NCBI GenBank assembly: GCA_964016885.1
Contig: OZ024743.1
Span: forward strand, 202,058,001-202,122,000
Source of the DNA: Eledone cirrhosa
Lineage: Eukaryota
DNA length: 64,000 bases
Direction of reading: 5' to 3'
In this document: piece by piece, positions 13,905-27,400 of the stretch
How positions within the stretch are numbered: the first letter of the stretch is position 1
Layout: the number at the start of each line of letters is the position of its first letter
The notes under the pieces: model-generated
What the model saw: only the letters and a program-made list of their open reading frames with translations
The model's database searches: none
What the model was told of the DNA's origin: nothing
Translations under genes and position numbers: made by a program

Positions 13905-14910
13905 GAGAGAGAGAGAGAGAGATACTAGCAATGCAGTGCACCAAATATAAATGACTATATTAATATTCGGTCAGTACAAAAAAAATACTGGAAAAATAGG
14001 CAAAAGTAACCATGGAGTCGGAAAAAAAGTGGACCATGGAGCCTACGAGAAATTGATCCTTGTATCTCTTAGCTGTCAGTTGATTGCATTAACCATTACG
14101 CTATAGTATACTTGACCAATCATTTCCGTCTTTTAGAAGATTTTTAAAACAATGTGTAGAAATGTGGACATCCGGCCAATTTACGAAACATTGGGAAAAT
14201 ACGTAACTTGAAAAATTGTCGTCGCAACATAAATCACTATAATAATAGTCGATTGTTATAAATAATAGTTGAGAAAATCGAGAAATAGCATATAGAGTTT
14301 TTCTGCGTAAATGGCACATTTCTATATAATGACATAGAATACAATGGAATGATTCCAAAGTAAAATGAGATATATACAATGATACACTAACATTATATGT
14401 GATCGATATACATTGCATTGTGTTCTGTGAATTATTTTAAATGGAAGTTTGAGATTTGAGAGTTATTTGGCTGGTATTTCTACCAAGTTGTCCCATATGT
14501 ATGTGTACACTTAACGATACGTTAGAAATTTCAAAATGAAAAATATCGACATAATAGATAAAAAAAGATTAAGTAAAACAGGTGTTCTTTTTATCATTGT
14601 CCCTGAAACAAAAAAGACATTTATAACGCCTTATATACAAAAAAATAAATAAATAAAATGTTATGGCACTTATAAGAAATTTTAAGAATCTTACAAATAG
14701 CAATGTAAAGATAGTATGGAACACGCACAAAACACCGACACGAAAGAACGAAATAGTCACCTGATAGGAGAGAAGTATTGTTGCGGTAAAATAGCACAAC
14801 TCAACAGGGGAAGTGGAGAGGTAGATGCGTGCATAATCTTGCAAAATTAGCAACTGGTAAAAATCACCGGGGTCATCATATATATATATGAATAATATAT
14901 GTATATTATA

Positions 14911-15016
<106 letters not shown>

Positions 15017-15022
15017 TGTATA

Positions 15023-15254
<232 letters not shown>

Positions 15255-15285
15255 GAAATATATATATACATACATATATATATAA

Positions 15286-15472
15286 TATAGAAATGGCTTC
15301 AACAGGACTAGAACTGTTTCATTCGGGAGAGATCATCAGGGCATTCTGGTGATTTCTCCCCAATAAAAGAGTTCTAGTCCAGTAGAAGCTATTTCTATAT
15401 TAAATATTTATATTCTGTTCTGTGTTGAGTACTTTACTTACTGTGGGTACCCCCGATTGAACCCGGGATAAG

Positions 15473-15475
<3 letters not shown>
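15286..15475. mobile_element. Fold-back insertion with degenerate HHRs, same family as 2119-2278
   Basis: Minus arm reads CUGAUGA..GAAA-CAG..CUG-UU-GAAG; plus arm is a diverged inverted copy. Confidence 0.6.
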
Positions 15476-15510
<35 letters not shown>

Positions 15511-15511
<1 letters not shown>

Positions 15512-16910
15512 TAGACCTGAAAAATGCGCAAGCTCAAAAGAGCCACATAATGTTATAATAAACCTTCAAAAGTGTAGGACTAGAGTTTTTGCTCAAAAAT
15601 ATTGTAATCATTATCTATCGTACACCCTGTGGCATCCTTTTATAAAAAAAGAGACTCATAACTAACTCGAGACGACACGATAATTATTTAAGCTAATGTT
15701 CAATATCTCATATTAGATGTTTAGTAATGATTTATACGAAATCTATATTATAAATTCTATATCATAAATTCACTTAAATAATTATCGTGTCGTCTTGTGG
15801 TCGTTATGAGTCTCTTCTTTTATAAAAGGATGCTACAGAGTATACGATAGATAATGATTGACAATATTTTTGAGCAACAACTCTAGTCCCACTCTTTTGA
15901 AGGTTTATTATCACAATCTGTGGCTCTTTTGAGCTTGCGCATTTTTCAGGTCTAGTTTAATATTTTCTTAAGGCAACGCTTGTAATAACTCTAGTTAAAC
16001 ATGATATATATTAATAAAAAAATATCGTTGTAATGTAATTAGATTATATAATTGTTATTTTATAAATGATCTTATAAATATTATTGTAAGATGTATAAAA
16101 ATATTTTCAGACTTTTAATATAAACAACCACAAAAGACACTCAATATTAAATAAATATTTTACATAATAATTGTTATAGTTGAATTAATAAAAATTAAAT
16201 ATTACATACAAATAGTCTAACATAATATTAATAAAATAATCTAACATAATACGAACAATAATATCATTATAAATAGGATACAACCAATATTATAAGCATG
16301 TTATAACGAAGTGAAAAGAAAAAGTTAATATAAATTTAAAAAATCATATATTAATTAACAATATAACTTACCAAAACGAGAAAAATATTTTGATGAAGAT
16401 TCGAAAGCGAAACGTTAAATAAACGTGCAAACAAAATGGCGGATGTTTTTGAGCAACAATTACTATATTTTGTTGATTAGCCAATAAGACGATGAAATTA
16501 GCCAATAAGACGATACATTACAAAATATGTTTTCAGCGATAACCACGGCCAGCGACACCCCTTGAATATTTTATTCACAAGCTACGCATATATGTCAGAC
16601 CCGCAGACTTAAAACATTCTGTTGTTAGTCACTGCGTGTCTAACAGATACATATTAAAACAAGGTAAAGAATGACTTCACTTGTAGCTCTAAACAATTTA
16701 ATTTAATTTTATAATGTTATAATTTGGTTTTGTAGATCTAGTAAGTTCTTTGTTAACGTCGCTGGAGAGATTTTTCAAAAATTCCTGGTTAACTTTCCTG
16801 GAGAACTTTCTCGCATTCATCACCGACGAATTAAATTGTTTAGAACTACAAATGAAGTCATTCTTTTCCTTTTTTTTAAAATATACCTAACTGTACCAAG
16901 GATTTCACAC
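15511..16910. mobile_element. PLE-like non-coding insertion with inverted arms
   Basis: 15511-15700 is inverted at 15778-15955; a second inverted pair at about 16655-16708 / 16828-16880; (TA)n flanks. Confidence 0.6.
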
Positions 16911-17027
16911 ATTATGTATATATATATATATATATATATACATTATTTAAATATGTGTGCGTGTGTCATATAGAAATATACTAGATTGAATTGTATTAAT
17001 CATCTCTCTCTCTTTCTCTCTCTCTCT

Positions 17028-17120
<93 letters not shown>

Positions 17121-17912
17121 CATTTCTCTATTTGCATTTTGTAACAAATATTACCATTACTGTTACATTTTGTGGAGCGTAATCAATATCTCTATTCATT
17201 GTTAAGTAATATCTGATATAGAATAATGGTCGAATATACAAATACTTGAGCAAGAGTTAACAACACAGATATAATTAATTTTATACTGAATCATAATAGT
17301 TATATTTTTCCATCATCCGTTTCCTAATTACATGAATATATTGTATATTAATGGGTTAAACTAAAAAATTACATAGATACGATACGATTATCATTATGAT
17401 ACAGGAAATAAATATATACCAAAATAAAGTATAAAATCTATAAGAGAGAGGAATAATAAGTAAATGTGTAATAAATAATAATAAGATTATAGAAATAAAT
17501 CATTATATATTATTCATATTATCATCATTCAGCGCATACGCCCGCGCGAACACACACACAATGTTGTGTGTGTAAATGTTTGTATGTATATATGTGTAAA
17601 TGTATGTGCGTGTACTTAAATATACATACAATGTTCTCTACTTATCCCTCTCGCTATCTATCAATCCATCTCTCTTTATCTATCTAACTATCTCTATCTC
17701 TCTATATAAATATATATATATATATATATATACAAACACCCCCACCCCCACCCCCCACACAAATATATATATATATATATATATATGTAGGAGGTGAGTT
17801 TTATTGTAGTACAATAAAGCAATGCAGATATCGGATAAGAAGCACTCTACAGTTTGTGGGACTGGAGTATGCATAATATAAGATCAAAAGATGGTTAAAG
17901 GAGTTCAATATA

Positions 17913-17979
17913 TTTTATTATGCGCATTTCAAAAACAAACATCATCAAACAATAATATTTGTGTTTTCATCAGATAAAA
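17913..17979 (-). ncRNA. Type I hammerhead ribozyme
   Basis: Reverse complement of 18109-18175. Confidence 0.8.
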
Positions 17980-18108
17980 CAGGAGAACATGATATGAAGG
18001 CTAAAAAAAACACTTGTTGATAGTGCAGTTTTAAATCAATATAAATATGTTGATTTAAAACTGCACTATCAACAAGTGTTTTTTTAGCCTTCATATCATG
18101 TTCTCCTG

Positions 18109-18175
18109 TTTTATCTGATGAAAACACAAATATTATTGTTTGATGATGTTTGTTTTTGAAATGCGCATAATAAAA
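18109..18175 (+). ncRNA. Type I hammerhead ribozyme
   Basis: ttttat ctgatga [long AU/GU stem II] gaaa tgcgca ta ataaaa. Confidence 0.8.
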
Positions 18176-18207
18176 TATATTGAACTCCTTTAACCATCTT
18201 TTGATCT

Positions 18208-18292
<85 letters not shown>

Positions 18293-18450
18293 TGTATGTG
18301 CGTATGTGTGTGTGAATCTGTGTCCGCATACGAAGGATACTAATATATAAAATACAGATTAGTTATAGTAATGTAGAAAAATATAGTTTTGTCATTTATG
18401 TACGTACAGGCAAATAGTTTAAGTATGGTAAGATACACATGAATAACAAT

Positions 18451-18543
<93 letters not shown>

Positions 18544-19404
18544 TATACATATATATATATGCACATATACATATATTCATATACAAATGACTCATTGAAA
18601 ATAACAGAATAGCATTGGGTAGAGTTGCTTGTTCGGGATAAACTGTAAAGCAAGGTAGTACTGGATCGACTATCATTCAAACTAGATGATCAAACCGCTC
18701 CTTGAAATAAACATTGGTCTCGTGACCGTGCTGATTTGCAGGTTTATATCGAACAAATGTCATCACGTATGAGACTAATCCGACTGATCCGACTACAACT
18801 GAAGCTACTGTGATGGTTGGAACAATATCTTCCTTTGACAACAAAGCGTATTTTGTTCCACTCTCTGGTGGTTAGGGTGGAGGAAGTAGAATGGTAGATA
18901 AATTGTAACGTTTTAAGTGTAAAGCCCTTTCTCCTAGGACAAGCCTTCAACATTTTCTCTTAATACCAATTGAGGACAAAATTGTGAATAGAAATGGAAG
19001 TGCAGCCCTAACATTAAATATTATGAAATATTGGGGAGAATGTTGAAAATGTATAGCTAAATTGGCCCACATTTACAATGTTTCTGTCTGGTAGTGTCAG
19101 CAATTGGGAGAAGGCGTTGTTATTGGTTGACCGGGAGTATTATGGTTGAGTTTGGAATGGCGCAATTCACCATGTTTGCGTTCTGCATCATTTTGGGGAT
19201 TCTTTTCATGAAATCTACATTGTTCTATACTGGAAGTTCTATTTAGCAATACTTCATTATTGTTATTGTAAAATCCAATATTTTGATCACTGTACAGTCT
19301 CAACTGTTTATTGTTTGGTATTTTCTTATGTATTCTTGTTTGTACAGTCATCAGGGTCTTTGATATTTTTTGTCTAATAAATCATAAACAATTATTATTA
19401 TTGT

Positions 19405-19553
19405 TGGATTGGCAGTATCAGTAGAGCGTCGGACAATATGCTTTGTGGCACTCACGGGGTGGATAAAATAAAGCACCAGTAAGGCACTGGAGTCGATTTA
19501 ATCGACCTTCCCCCACCTTTCTAAATTGCTGGCCTTGTGCGTAAAGTAGAAAC

Positions 19554-19627
<74 letters not shown>
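19405..19627 (+). mobile_element. tRNA-derived SINE (Nin-domain type), internally deleted, with (ATT)n tail
   Basis: ggattggcagtatc...gataaaataaagcaccagt...tgctggccttgtgc then (ATT)n; many homologues in the window. Confidence 0.7.
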
Positions 19628-19628
<1 letters not shown>

Positions 19629-19887
19629 AGTTGCATTTATCTTGCTTTATGTTCATACGAGTTATCACCAAGTCACAACCAGTGACCTCAAGAGACAACA
19701 AGGTCCGCCATGTTCAAGAAAGAACATACATATTCACACATGCATCTTCAGTGTTTAGACTTGTGATGTACTTATATTGACAGGATTTATGATGAAATAA
19801 ATTACCAGTAACGCACTGGGGTCAATTTAATTGACTGTTCCCTCCGTCCTCAAAATTGCTGACTGTGTGTCTATACCAGAAAACATT

Positions 19888-20020
19888 ATACGGTCCTTTA
19901 TGGTCTGAGTTCAAATCCCGCCGAGGTTAACTTTGACTTTCATCCTTACGGGGTCGATAAAATAAAGTACCAGTAATACAGTGGGGTAATTGTTGGCCTT
20001 GTGCCAAAAGTAGAAATAAT
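19888..20020 (+). mobile_element. tRNA-derived SINE fragment (Nin-domain type)
   Basis: ctgagttcaaatcccgccgaggtt..ctttcatccttacggggtcgataaaataaagtaccagt (B-box plus Nin-like domain). Confidence 0.75.
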
Positions 20021-20267
20021 TATTATTCTTATTACTATAATCATCGTTGTTGACGTTATCATCGCAACGTTTATCTTAACGTCAAAGTTCCTGAAGCATT
20101 CAATTATGGATATAAATGAATCAATAAATGAAGCATGAAACATTATTATAAACATAAACGTAATTTCGTTGAGAATACTTCCATTATTGTTACTATTATT
20201 ATGAACTTGCAATAACAGATAATGAAATAAATATAGTGCATACACACACAGACAAACACTCACACAC

Positions 20268-20362
<95 letters not shown>

Positions 20363-20441
20363 TAAATATAGATATATACATCTATATACATATATATATA
20401 TATACATATATATATACGTACACATATATATATGTATATAT

Positions 20442-20536
<95 letters not shown>

Positions 20537-20647
20537 CGGTGTTGGGTGTTTAAAGCGTCCGTATGCGGTAGGCCGTATTGTGAGCACTCAGTGCCTTCGT
20601 AGAGCAGAGTATGATATCACATAGGAGAATCTGCTTCGTAGAATCAA

Positions 20648-20743
20648 GACGTATCTGACGACCGTGTTGATTTCAGAGTCAGGTGTGATCACCATATTGA
20701 TCGTGCCTCGAGCTGGTCACCCGAGATATATGTGTAATATGTC
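20648..20743 (+). ncRNA. Degenerate hammerhead
   Basis: gacgtat ctgacga ... gaga tatatgtg ta atatgtc; 7-bp stem I, GAAA>GAGA. Confidence 0.5.
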
Positions 20744-20814
20744 CAATAAATTCCTTTCGTCGCAACACTGATTCTCTTTTTTCCGTGATATAAATATATA
20801 TATATATATATATA

Positions 20815-22250
20815 TATTTAATACAATAACAGAGATAGTTTAAAGCTAAACTCTGACTGGTAACCATCTCACTCAACAAACATTAGGTTATATTGAAATA
20901 TAAACCCAATTTAAGTGTTTGGGGTGCTAACAATATGTATAATGTAGAAAAACCAGTTGTATTATTTTATGAGATATAATTAAAGTTAAAGTATATCTCT
21001 CTTTCCAAACAATTGTTTCATTATAAGTTTTCTACAAGTTTGGGAGAATGTTTCCAGTTTATGTAGAAGCCTAATATATATTCATGTAAGAATATATTTA
21101 GGTGGGCACTTATAAATCATCAGTGAAAGCCCATTAAACATTGATATAAGAAAACAATTTCTTACCGCTGTCAAAAATCATGTCCGTAAAGTTGGTCTCT
21201 CTCACCTCGAATGACCGCTAAATTTGAAATTCCAGCAGCTTTTGGCTGAGGAAGTATCATAGCGACACGAAGTGGGAAGGGGAGACAACTCACGAAATGA
21301 GGAAAAAAAAAAATAATATACACGCGGGTTAATTAGTTTTTTTGAAAACATTATCAATCCAACGTGTTTAAGAACTCAATTGAAAATAAAAAAATAAATG
21401 TATGCTTGTGTAAATTACACACACATATAGATATTTTCTTAGGCTAAATCAGAAGTTGTACCCGAATAAGAACCGCTTCTCATAACCGCAGTAAATGCAG
21501 AAAGTTATGCTATAAAGGGCAAATGGGAATATAATTCTCCGGCCGAATTATTAAGAGTAAAATATAAAACACACGCGGTTTAATTAGTTATTTCATAACC
21601 AATATTAATTCCTCGTGTAAAGAACTCAATTAATAAAAGAAAATAAATACATATATGCATGTAATTATATACGTAGGCATATATATATATGTTCCTAGGC
21701 AAAAAAAAAAAAAAAAAAAAAAAGCCACAATATTTCACAACAGTAATAAATACGGAAAGTCAAATTCATAAAGTACCTGCAAATAAACACCTCTGGCCAT
21801 TCTAGAGTAAATATTTAATACAATAACAGAGATAGTTTAAAGCTAAACTCTGACTGGTAACCATCTCACTCAACAAACATTAGGTTATATTAAAATATAA
21901 ACCCAATTTAAGTGTTTGGGGTGCTAACAATATGTATAATGTGGAAAAACCAGTTGTATTATTTTATGAGATATAATTAAAGTTAAAGTATATCTCTCTT
22001 TCCAAACAATTGTTTCATTATAAGTTTTCTACAAGTTTGGGAGAATGTTTCCAGTTTATGTAGAAGCCTAATATATATTCATGTAAGAATATATTTAGGT
22101 GGGCACTTATAAATCATCAGTGGAAGCCCATTAAACATTGATATAAGAAAACAATTTCTTACCGCTGTCAAAAATCAAGTCCCTAAAGTTGGTCTCTCTC
22201 ACCTCGAATGACCGCTAAATTTGAAATTCCAGCAGTTTTTGGCTGAGGAA
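20815..22250. repeat. ~997-bp tandem unit, about 1.4 copies (pLTR/retrozyme-like)
   Basis: 20815-21252 is nearly identical to 21812-22250; starts at a (TA)n tract. Confidence 0.85.
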
Positions 22251-23076
22251 ATATATGTCTGTATATGTACATACATATTGTATAATAATATATACTATTA
22301 TGTGTGTGTGGGTTCATAATATTTATGAAATAATAAATAAGTAAATAAAGCTGAAGGCACCGATCATCACATCGTTCCAAGGATTACATGTCTATTTATT
22401 CGAACGCTTCACTACATTCTGCGTTGAAATACGTCAGGTTACCTTTTACTTTCACCCTTTTGGGGTCAATAAATAAAATATACGTACATGTGGTGGGGCA
22501 TAGCGGAATTGTTCAATGGTCAGACTGGATGATTTGTGGTATCTAATCAAGCTCTATGCTTTCTTAGTTTAGATCCTGATTCCTTCTTTCAACTTTCAAG
22601 AGCGGGGAACGACAGATAGTATCTAGAAAGGAATGATACACAGAGCCACAGTTTTCATGATCGAATTTGAACATCTCCTGCTTTCATTTTGTAATGGATA
22701 GACGTATAAAATTCATAATTGTTTCTAGATTTAGTAAGAAGACAACAATTTGAAGGAAGGGAAATGTCAATTAAATAACGCCAATGACTTACTGGTACTT
22801 TATCAACCGGAAATGATGAAAGGCAAAGCTAACGTCGACGAATTTTGAAGTTAGAACACAAAGGGCTTTAACTATTCGCCACAAAGAATGTTGTCTACCA
22901 CACTCTGTTCATGAAATGATAACAAGATTGAAGTAGCAAAGCATTTAGAGCATATGAGGGTGAAGTTAAAACTGAATAACAAACTCTGGTCAGAGTTTAC
23001 ATGATTACAGAGATACACATTTGGTGATTACATTGGTGTGTGATTGGTGGAAAGAGAATATAAATGTGAATCAACA

Positions 23077-23117
<41 letters not shown>

Positions 23118-23127
23118 CTCTCTCTAT

Positions 23128-24465
23128 TCTACCCGAAAACCAGTCCAATTGTCACAGAAAGATATTGAACTGGTTTTCAAAGATTCAATGAATGATATTG
23201 CATTCATTCAAAGAAGCAAACTTTTTGGGAGTATTTCGGTACTGATGAAGGATCAATTGACGGCCCAAAATTACTCTGTGTCGCCAATTGTATCCAACCT
23301 GTACACCTTTTTCCCTACATACATGGGAAAAAGGACACAAAAGATCAGAATCACAAGTGTCACACCAAAGGTGAACATATGGTGGATACTGTGCGGCTTC
23401 ATCAATTTTGATGAAGACAGAATACTGTCAGTAGGCAAGTCCCCCAGAGATGTATTCAATGGGACTAGCATTGAAGTTCTGGTGCAAATGAGCCCAGAGC
23501 GAATAGCTATGATCCCACAGCGTGTACTCCTGGACGGACTTACCTACATAAACCTTTCGGTTGAGGGTAGGCGGCCTTCATGTTACCATTGCTTTAGCAG
23601 GGGTCACCTGAGGGCTTCCTGTCCTAAACTAATGAACCAAAAAAAGGCTCTTCTGCCAACACCCATCAAAACAACACAACCACCAACACCACCACTACAA
23701 CAACAACACCAACACACAAAAATAACCACAACAAACACAGTCCCACCCAACCTCACTCCACCTAAAACCACTGCAAAATCACATACAGACACAACAGCTC
23801 CCCAAGACATACCCCTCCCCAATCACACAGACGATACAACAGATGAGGCTATCTCGCCATCACCCAGTGAAGACGAGGGAGAACCCCATCGCTCGAAAAG
23901 AAAGAAAAGACATCACAAAAGCAAAAAACCAGCAAACACTACCACAAACATACAACCACCAACACAAACAACAAAAATATCACAAACAAAACCCCCACCT
24001 CCTGAAAACAAAATACCTACAACAAAACGAAAGCACACACAAGAACTACAGACAAAAACAAACACAACACAAGAAAATTACACTTACACTTACATAAACA
24101 CTGAAAACAAAACACTAATGGAGACCATTACGAACGACCCTTCGGTTTTCACCGAAGGGAAAACTTTCGCCCACTCTATAAAAAATAGCAAAAAAATGAA
24201 CCTAAAACTGATTAGGGTCCCTATACAAACTTATAGGTCCCTAAAAGAAACATTTGAGAAGGATGTGGGGAATTCCTGCGTGAAACCACTCAACCGCGTC
24301 CTTCTCAAATGCCTCCCCACCCCAGACACCCCCATTCCACCAGACCCCACCCCACCAAACATCTGCGTCCCCACCCCGCCGGAAACCACCACCCATCCAG
24401 ACAACCCCTCCAACACCCCCATGGAAATCGTGCGGCCTGGTCCCCAGGAGGCGAAGGGTGCGTGA
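23128..24465 (+). CDS. ORF1 gag-like nucleic-acid-binding protein (true start not seen)
   Basis: VEGRRPSCYHCFSRGHLRASCP = CX2CX4HX4C knuckle, then a P/T/K-rich region; the track start at 23044 merely reads through the microsatellite. Confidence 0.8.
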   Translation, partial: STRKPVQLSQKDIELVFKDSMNDIAFIQRSKLFGSISVLMKDQLTAQNYSVSPIVSNLYTFFPTYMGKRTQKIRITSVTPKVNIWWILCGFINFDEDRILSVGKSPRDVFNGTSIEVLVQMSPERIAMIPQRVLLDGLTYINLSVEGRRPSCYHCFSRGHLRASCPKLMNQKKALLPTPIKTTQPPTPPLQQQHQHTKITTTNTVPPNLTPPKTTAKSHTDTTAPQDIPLPNHTDDTTDEAISPSPSEDEGEPHRSKRKKRHHKSKKPANTTTNIQPPTQTTKISQTKPPPPENKIPTTKRKHTQELQTKTNTTQENYTYTYINTENKTLMETITNDPSVFTEGKTFAHSIKNSKKMNLKLIRVPIQTYRSLKETFEKDVGNSCVKPLNRVLLKCLPTPDTPIPPDPTPPNICVPTPPETTTHPDNPSNTPMEIVRPGPQEAKGA

Positions 24466-24498
24466 TCTCTTTTCCTCTTTTAACTTTTCAGCACCAAC

Positions 24499-27400
24499 AT
24501 GGCCAATATAAGAGTTGGATGTGTGAACGTACGCGGCCTGGGGATGCCCTGGAAACAGGGCAAACTCTTAAACGACCTCAGGTCGCACAGTTTGGATGTG
24601 GTAGCCATTTGCGAGTCCAGGATCCACGGCGAGCGACAGCTGGCCCCCATCTTCGATGACTTTGAGATCTACGCATCTCTCTGTCAACCGGGGGGTGGGG
24701 GCGGAGTTGCCGTTTTGCTGCGGAAACACCTGGGCCTCGTAACACAGACGGTACATCTGGACCCGGAGGGTCGACTGGTGGTCCTAGACGTTGACGGTAG
24801 TGAAGGTGGAGCGTTCAGGCTGGTGGCCGCATATGCCCCATCCGGGACACCGCGGCCAGACTTCTTCAAACGTCTAGAGACTTTTCTGGGAACGTCCCGC
24901 TCCTTGCTTTTAGTGGGGGACTGGAATGGAATCCTAGATGCACGTTGGGACTATGTGGGAGCATGTCCCGATAAAGGGGGGTGTAACAGCCTCAAACAGT
25001 TAATCGACCGATTTGACCTGGCCGATAGATATCGACTAGATTTTCCGACTGCGCCACTGTGGACGTGGAGTAATCGTAGCGGAACATCTAGATCGTACCT
25101 AGATAGGGTTCTAGTTAGAAATAAGGATAGGGACATGTTAAGCTGTCCACAAATGTTCATGGTTGCCTATTCAGATCACAAACTAGTGACCTGCATGGCC
25201 AACCTTGATAGAACCCATAGACAAGGACCCGGCTACTGGAAGCTGAACTTGTCGTTACCGACAAGCAAAGCCTACAGTAGACGGATTAGCACTTTAGTTA
25301 AACAGCACTTGACAGGGGCCATTGTCAACAACAGATGGTGGTACTCTCTCAAGAGGGCAGTTAGATTAGACTCGATAGTTTTTAGTAAAGAATTAGCGTT
25401 AGATAGAAATAGAACCGAGAAGGAACTGGTAGATAAAGTAGAAGAGGCTATTAGAAGTGGCAACGTAGCCAGCGTGCTAGCAACGAGAACGGCCTTGGAC
25501 CAGTTCTTCGACGCAAAGCACGAGGGCTGCGTTGTCAGAAGCAAAATACGTGCTCTGGGAAACGAGGGAGCCAAAGCTGTTAGCTGGGCCCGAGTGACGG
25601 AGGCAAAAAGTGGCAACAAGTCCACGATTCGGTCTTTGAAGGACCAAAACGGACGCGTGATACGTGAGCCGAAGCAGATGTGTGCGGCTTTTCAGCGGCA
25701 CTTTGCTCGGCTGTTCGGGGGGAGCGGCGCGCCGGGAGAGGCTATGGATTTCGGTCCATACCTCGACGGCCTACCGCGACTCTCGGACAGCGAGGCGAAG
25801 TTCTGCGAAAAGCCGATTTCAGCCACTGAGATAGGGGACGCGCTGAGCCAATGCGGCAAACGCAAATCTCCAGGTCTCGACGGTCTACCCTACGAATTTT
25901 ACGTAGCAATGCCGGACTTATTCTCCGGTCTCCTGGAAGCGGTCTACTGCAACTGGCAACAGAACGGGAGAATTCCCAATTCTGTAACCGGGGGCGTGGT
26001 CACACTAATCAGGAAGGACGAGAATAAGGGGGATGACATAGGCAACTTCCGGCCCATAACTCTGCTAAACACAGAGTTACAGATTTTGGCCAAGGTGTTG
26101 GCAAAGAGGCTGGCGCTTGTCGTCGAGAACCTGGTGGGAGAAGCGCAGACATGCGCGATCCCGACCAGGTCCATACACGACAACCTCCACCTCATGCGAT
26201 ACATCATAGAGAGGGTAGGGTGTAAACCCGGCTTCGGTGGGGCCCTGATCAACTTGGATCAGTCTAAGGCTTTCGATAGGGTTGACCATCGTTACCTGGA
26301 TGCGGTGCTCGAGGCGGCAGGCTTCGGACCCGTGTTCAGGGGCTGGATTGCTGCAATGCACAACAGCAACATCTGCTCAAGGGTCAAGGTGAACGGTTAC
26401 CTCTCGGAGCCGTTCCATATTACGCGATCCATTCGAGAGAGATGCCCTCTCTCCTCCCTTCTGTACGTACTGACTCTCGAGCCACTACTGCGGAAGCTGG
26501 AGCTATTGCAGGGCATCCCTCTGGAACCGGGACTGCGGAAAGCGGCGTCGGCCTACGCCGACGACGTGACAGTAATGGTGTCGAGCGCCTCGCAAATCGA
26601 GGAAGTCGGCACCTTACTAAAGGAATACGAAAGTCTCACAGGAGCGAAGCTGAACCGGGACAAGTCCATCGGTTTGCAACTCGGATCGTGGAGAGGCAGA
26701 CCGATGCCTTCCGATGGCGTCGTCGGACGCTGGACGGAAGGACCGGTAAAGCTGCTCGGGGTCTGGTTTGGTCCGGACCTCCAGGTGGAGAAGAACTGGA
26801 ACGAAGTGACGGCCAAGGTGTTTGCACTCACCCAGAAGTGGGCCGAGTGCAAACTATCCTTGAAAGGTCGAGCGGAGGTGGCGAACACTTTTATAGCGTC
26901 CGCCATCTACTACCGCTTGACCGTCGTGCCTTGTCCAGCCAAAACGCTCGCCAAAATGGAGCGCGCCCTCTTCCGATTCGTTTGGAAGAGGCGGGCTCCT
27001 TTGGTAAGAAGATCCATCTGCTGCCAACACCCTTCTAACGGAGGGCTGGGGATGCCGTGGTTGACGATGCGCAAACACGCGCTCAGGCTGCGGCATCTCT
27101 ACGTATTCCTCACCGGACAACCGGTGTGGGCCCCGTTCGTGAGGCGAGCCTTCCCACGACTCGTCTCGCTGACCGAGCTGCAGTCCTGGGTCAAGCAGAG
27201 ACCGAGGAAAATGGGCGACTGGCACATCGAATGTGCTCAGGCGCTCACAGCCCTCTGGCAGGCGGACCCGGCGATCAGTGGAGACTCCACTTCGTCATTC
27301 TATAGAGGGTTGGTCCGCAGCAAGTGCGACGACGCGCTCGGTGAAACTCTAGGCGTGGAGGAAGATGAACTGGCCAGTCTGTTCGGTAGGACCTTCCGCC

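Larger units (their letters stand above)
17872..18217. repeat. Near-perfect ~345-bp palindrome (head-to-head PLE 3' ends)
   Basis: Arms of about 168 bp differ only in the length of one A/T run; centre near 18044; one HHR per arm; homologue at 33022-33120. Confidence 0.9.

Noticed and set aside
17872-18217. MITE or DNA-transposon terminal inverted repeats as the explanation for the palindromes
   Set aside because: Arm ends are staggered, junctions vary between copies, and the same sequences occur as single arms or at PLE 3' ends
19280-19355. CUGAUGA followed by CUGUACA/UGUACAG pairing on the minus strand
   Set aside because: No GAAA-stem III-UH arrangement or stem I found
23044-23127. N-terminus of the 473-aa ORF (MVERE..YLSIYLSI)
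   Set aside because: Reads through flanking DNA and the (TATC)n tract; not part of LINE ORF1
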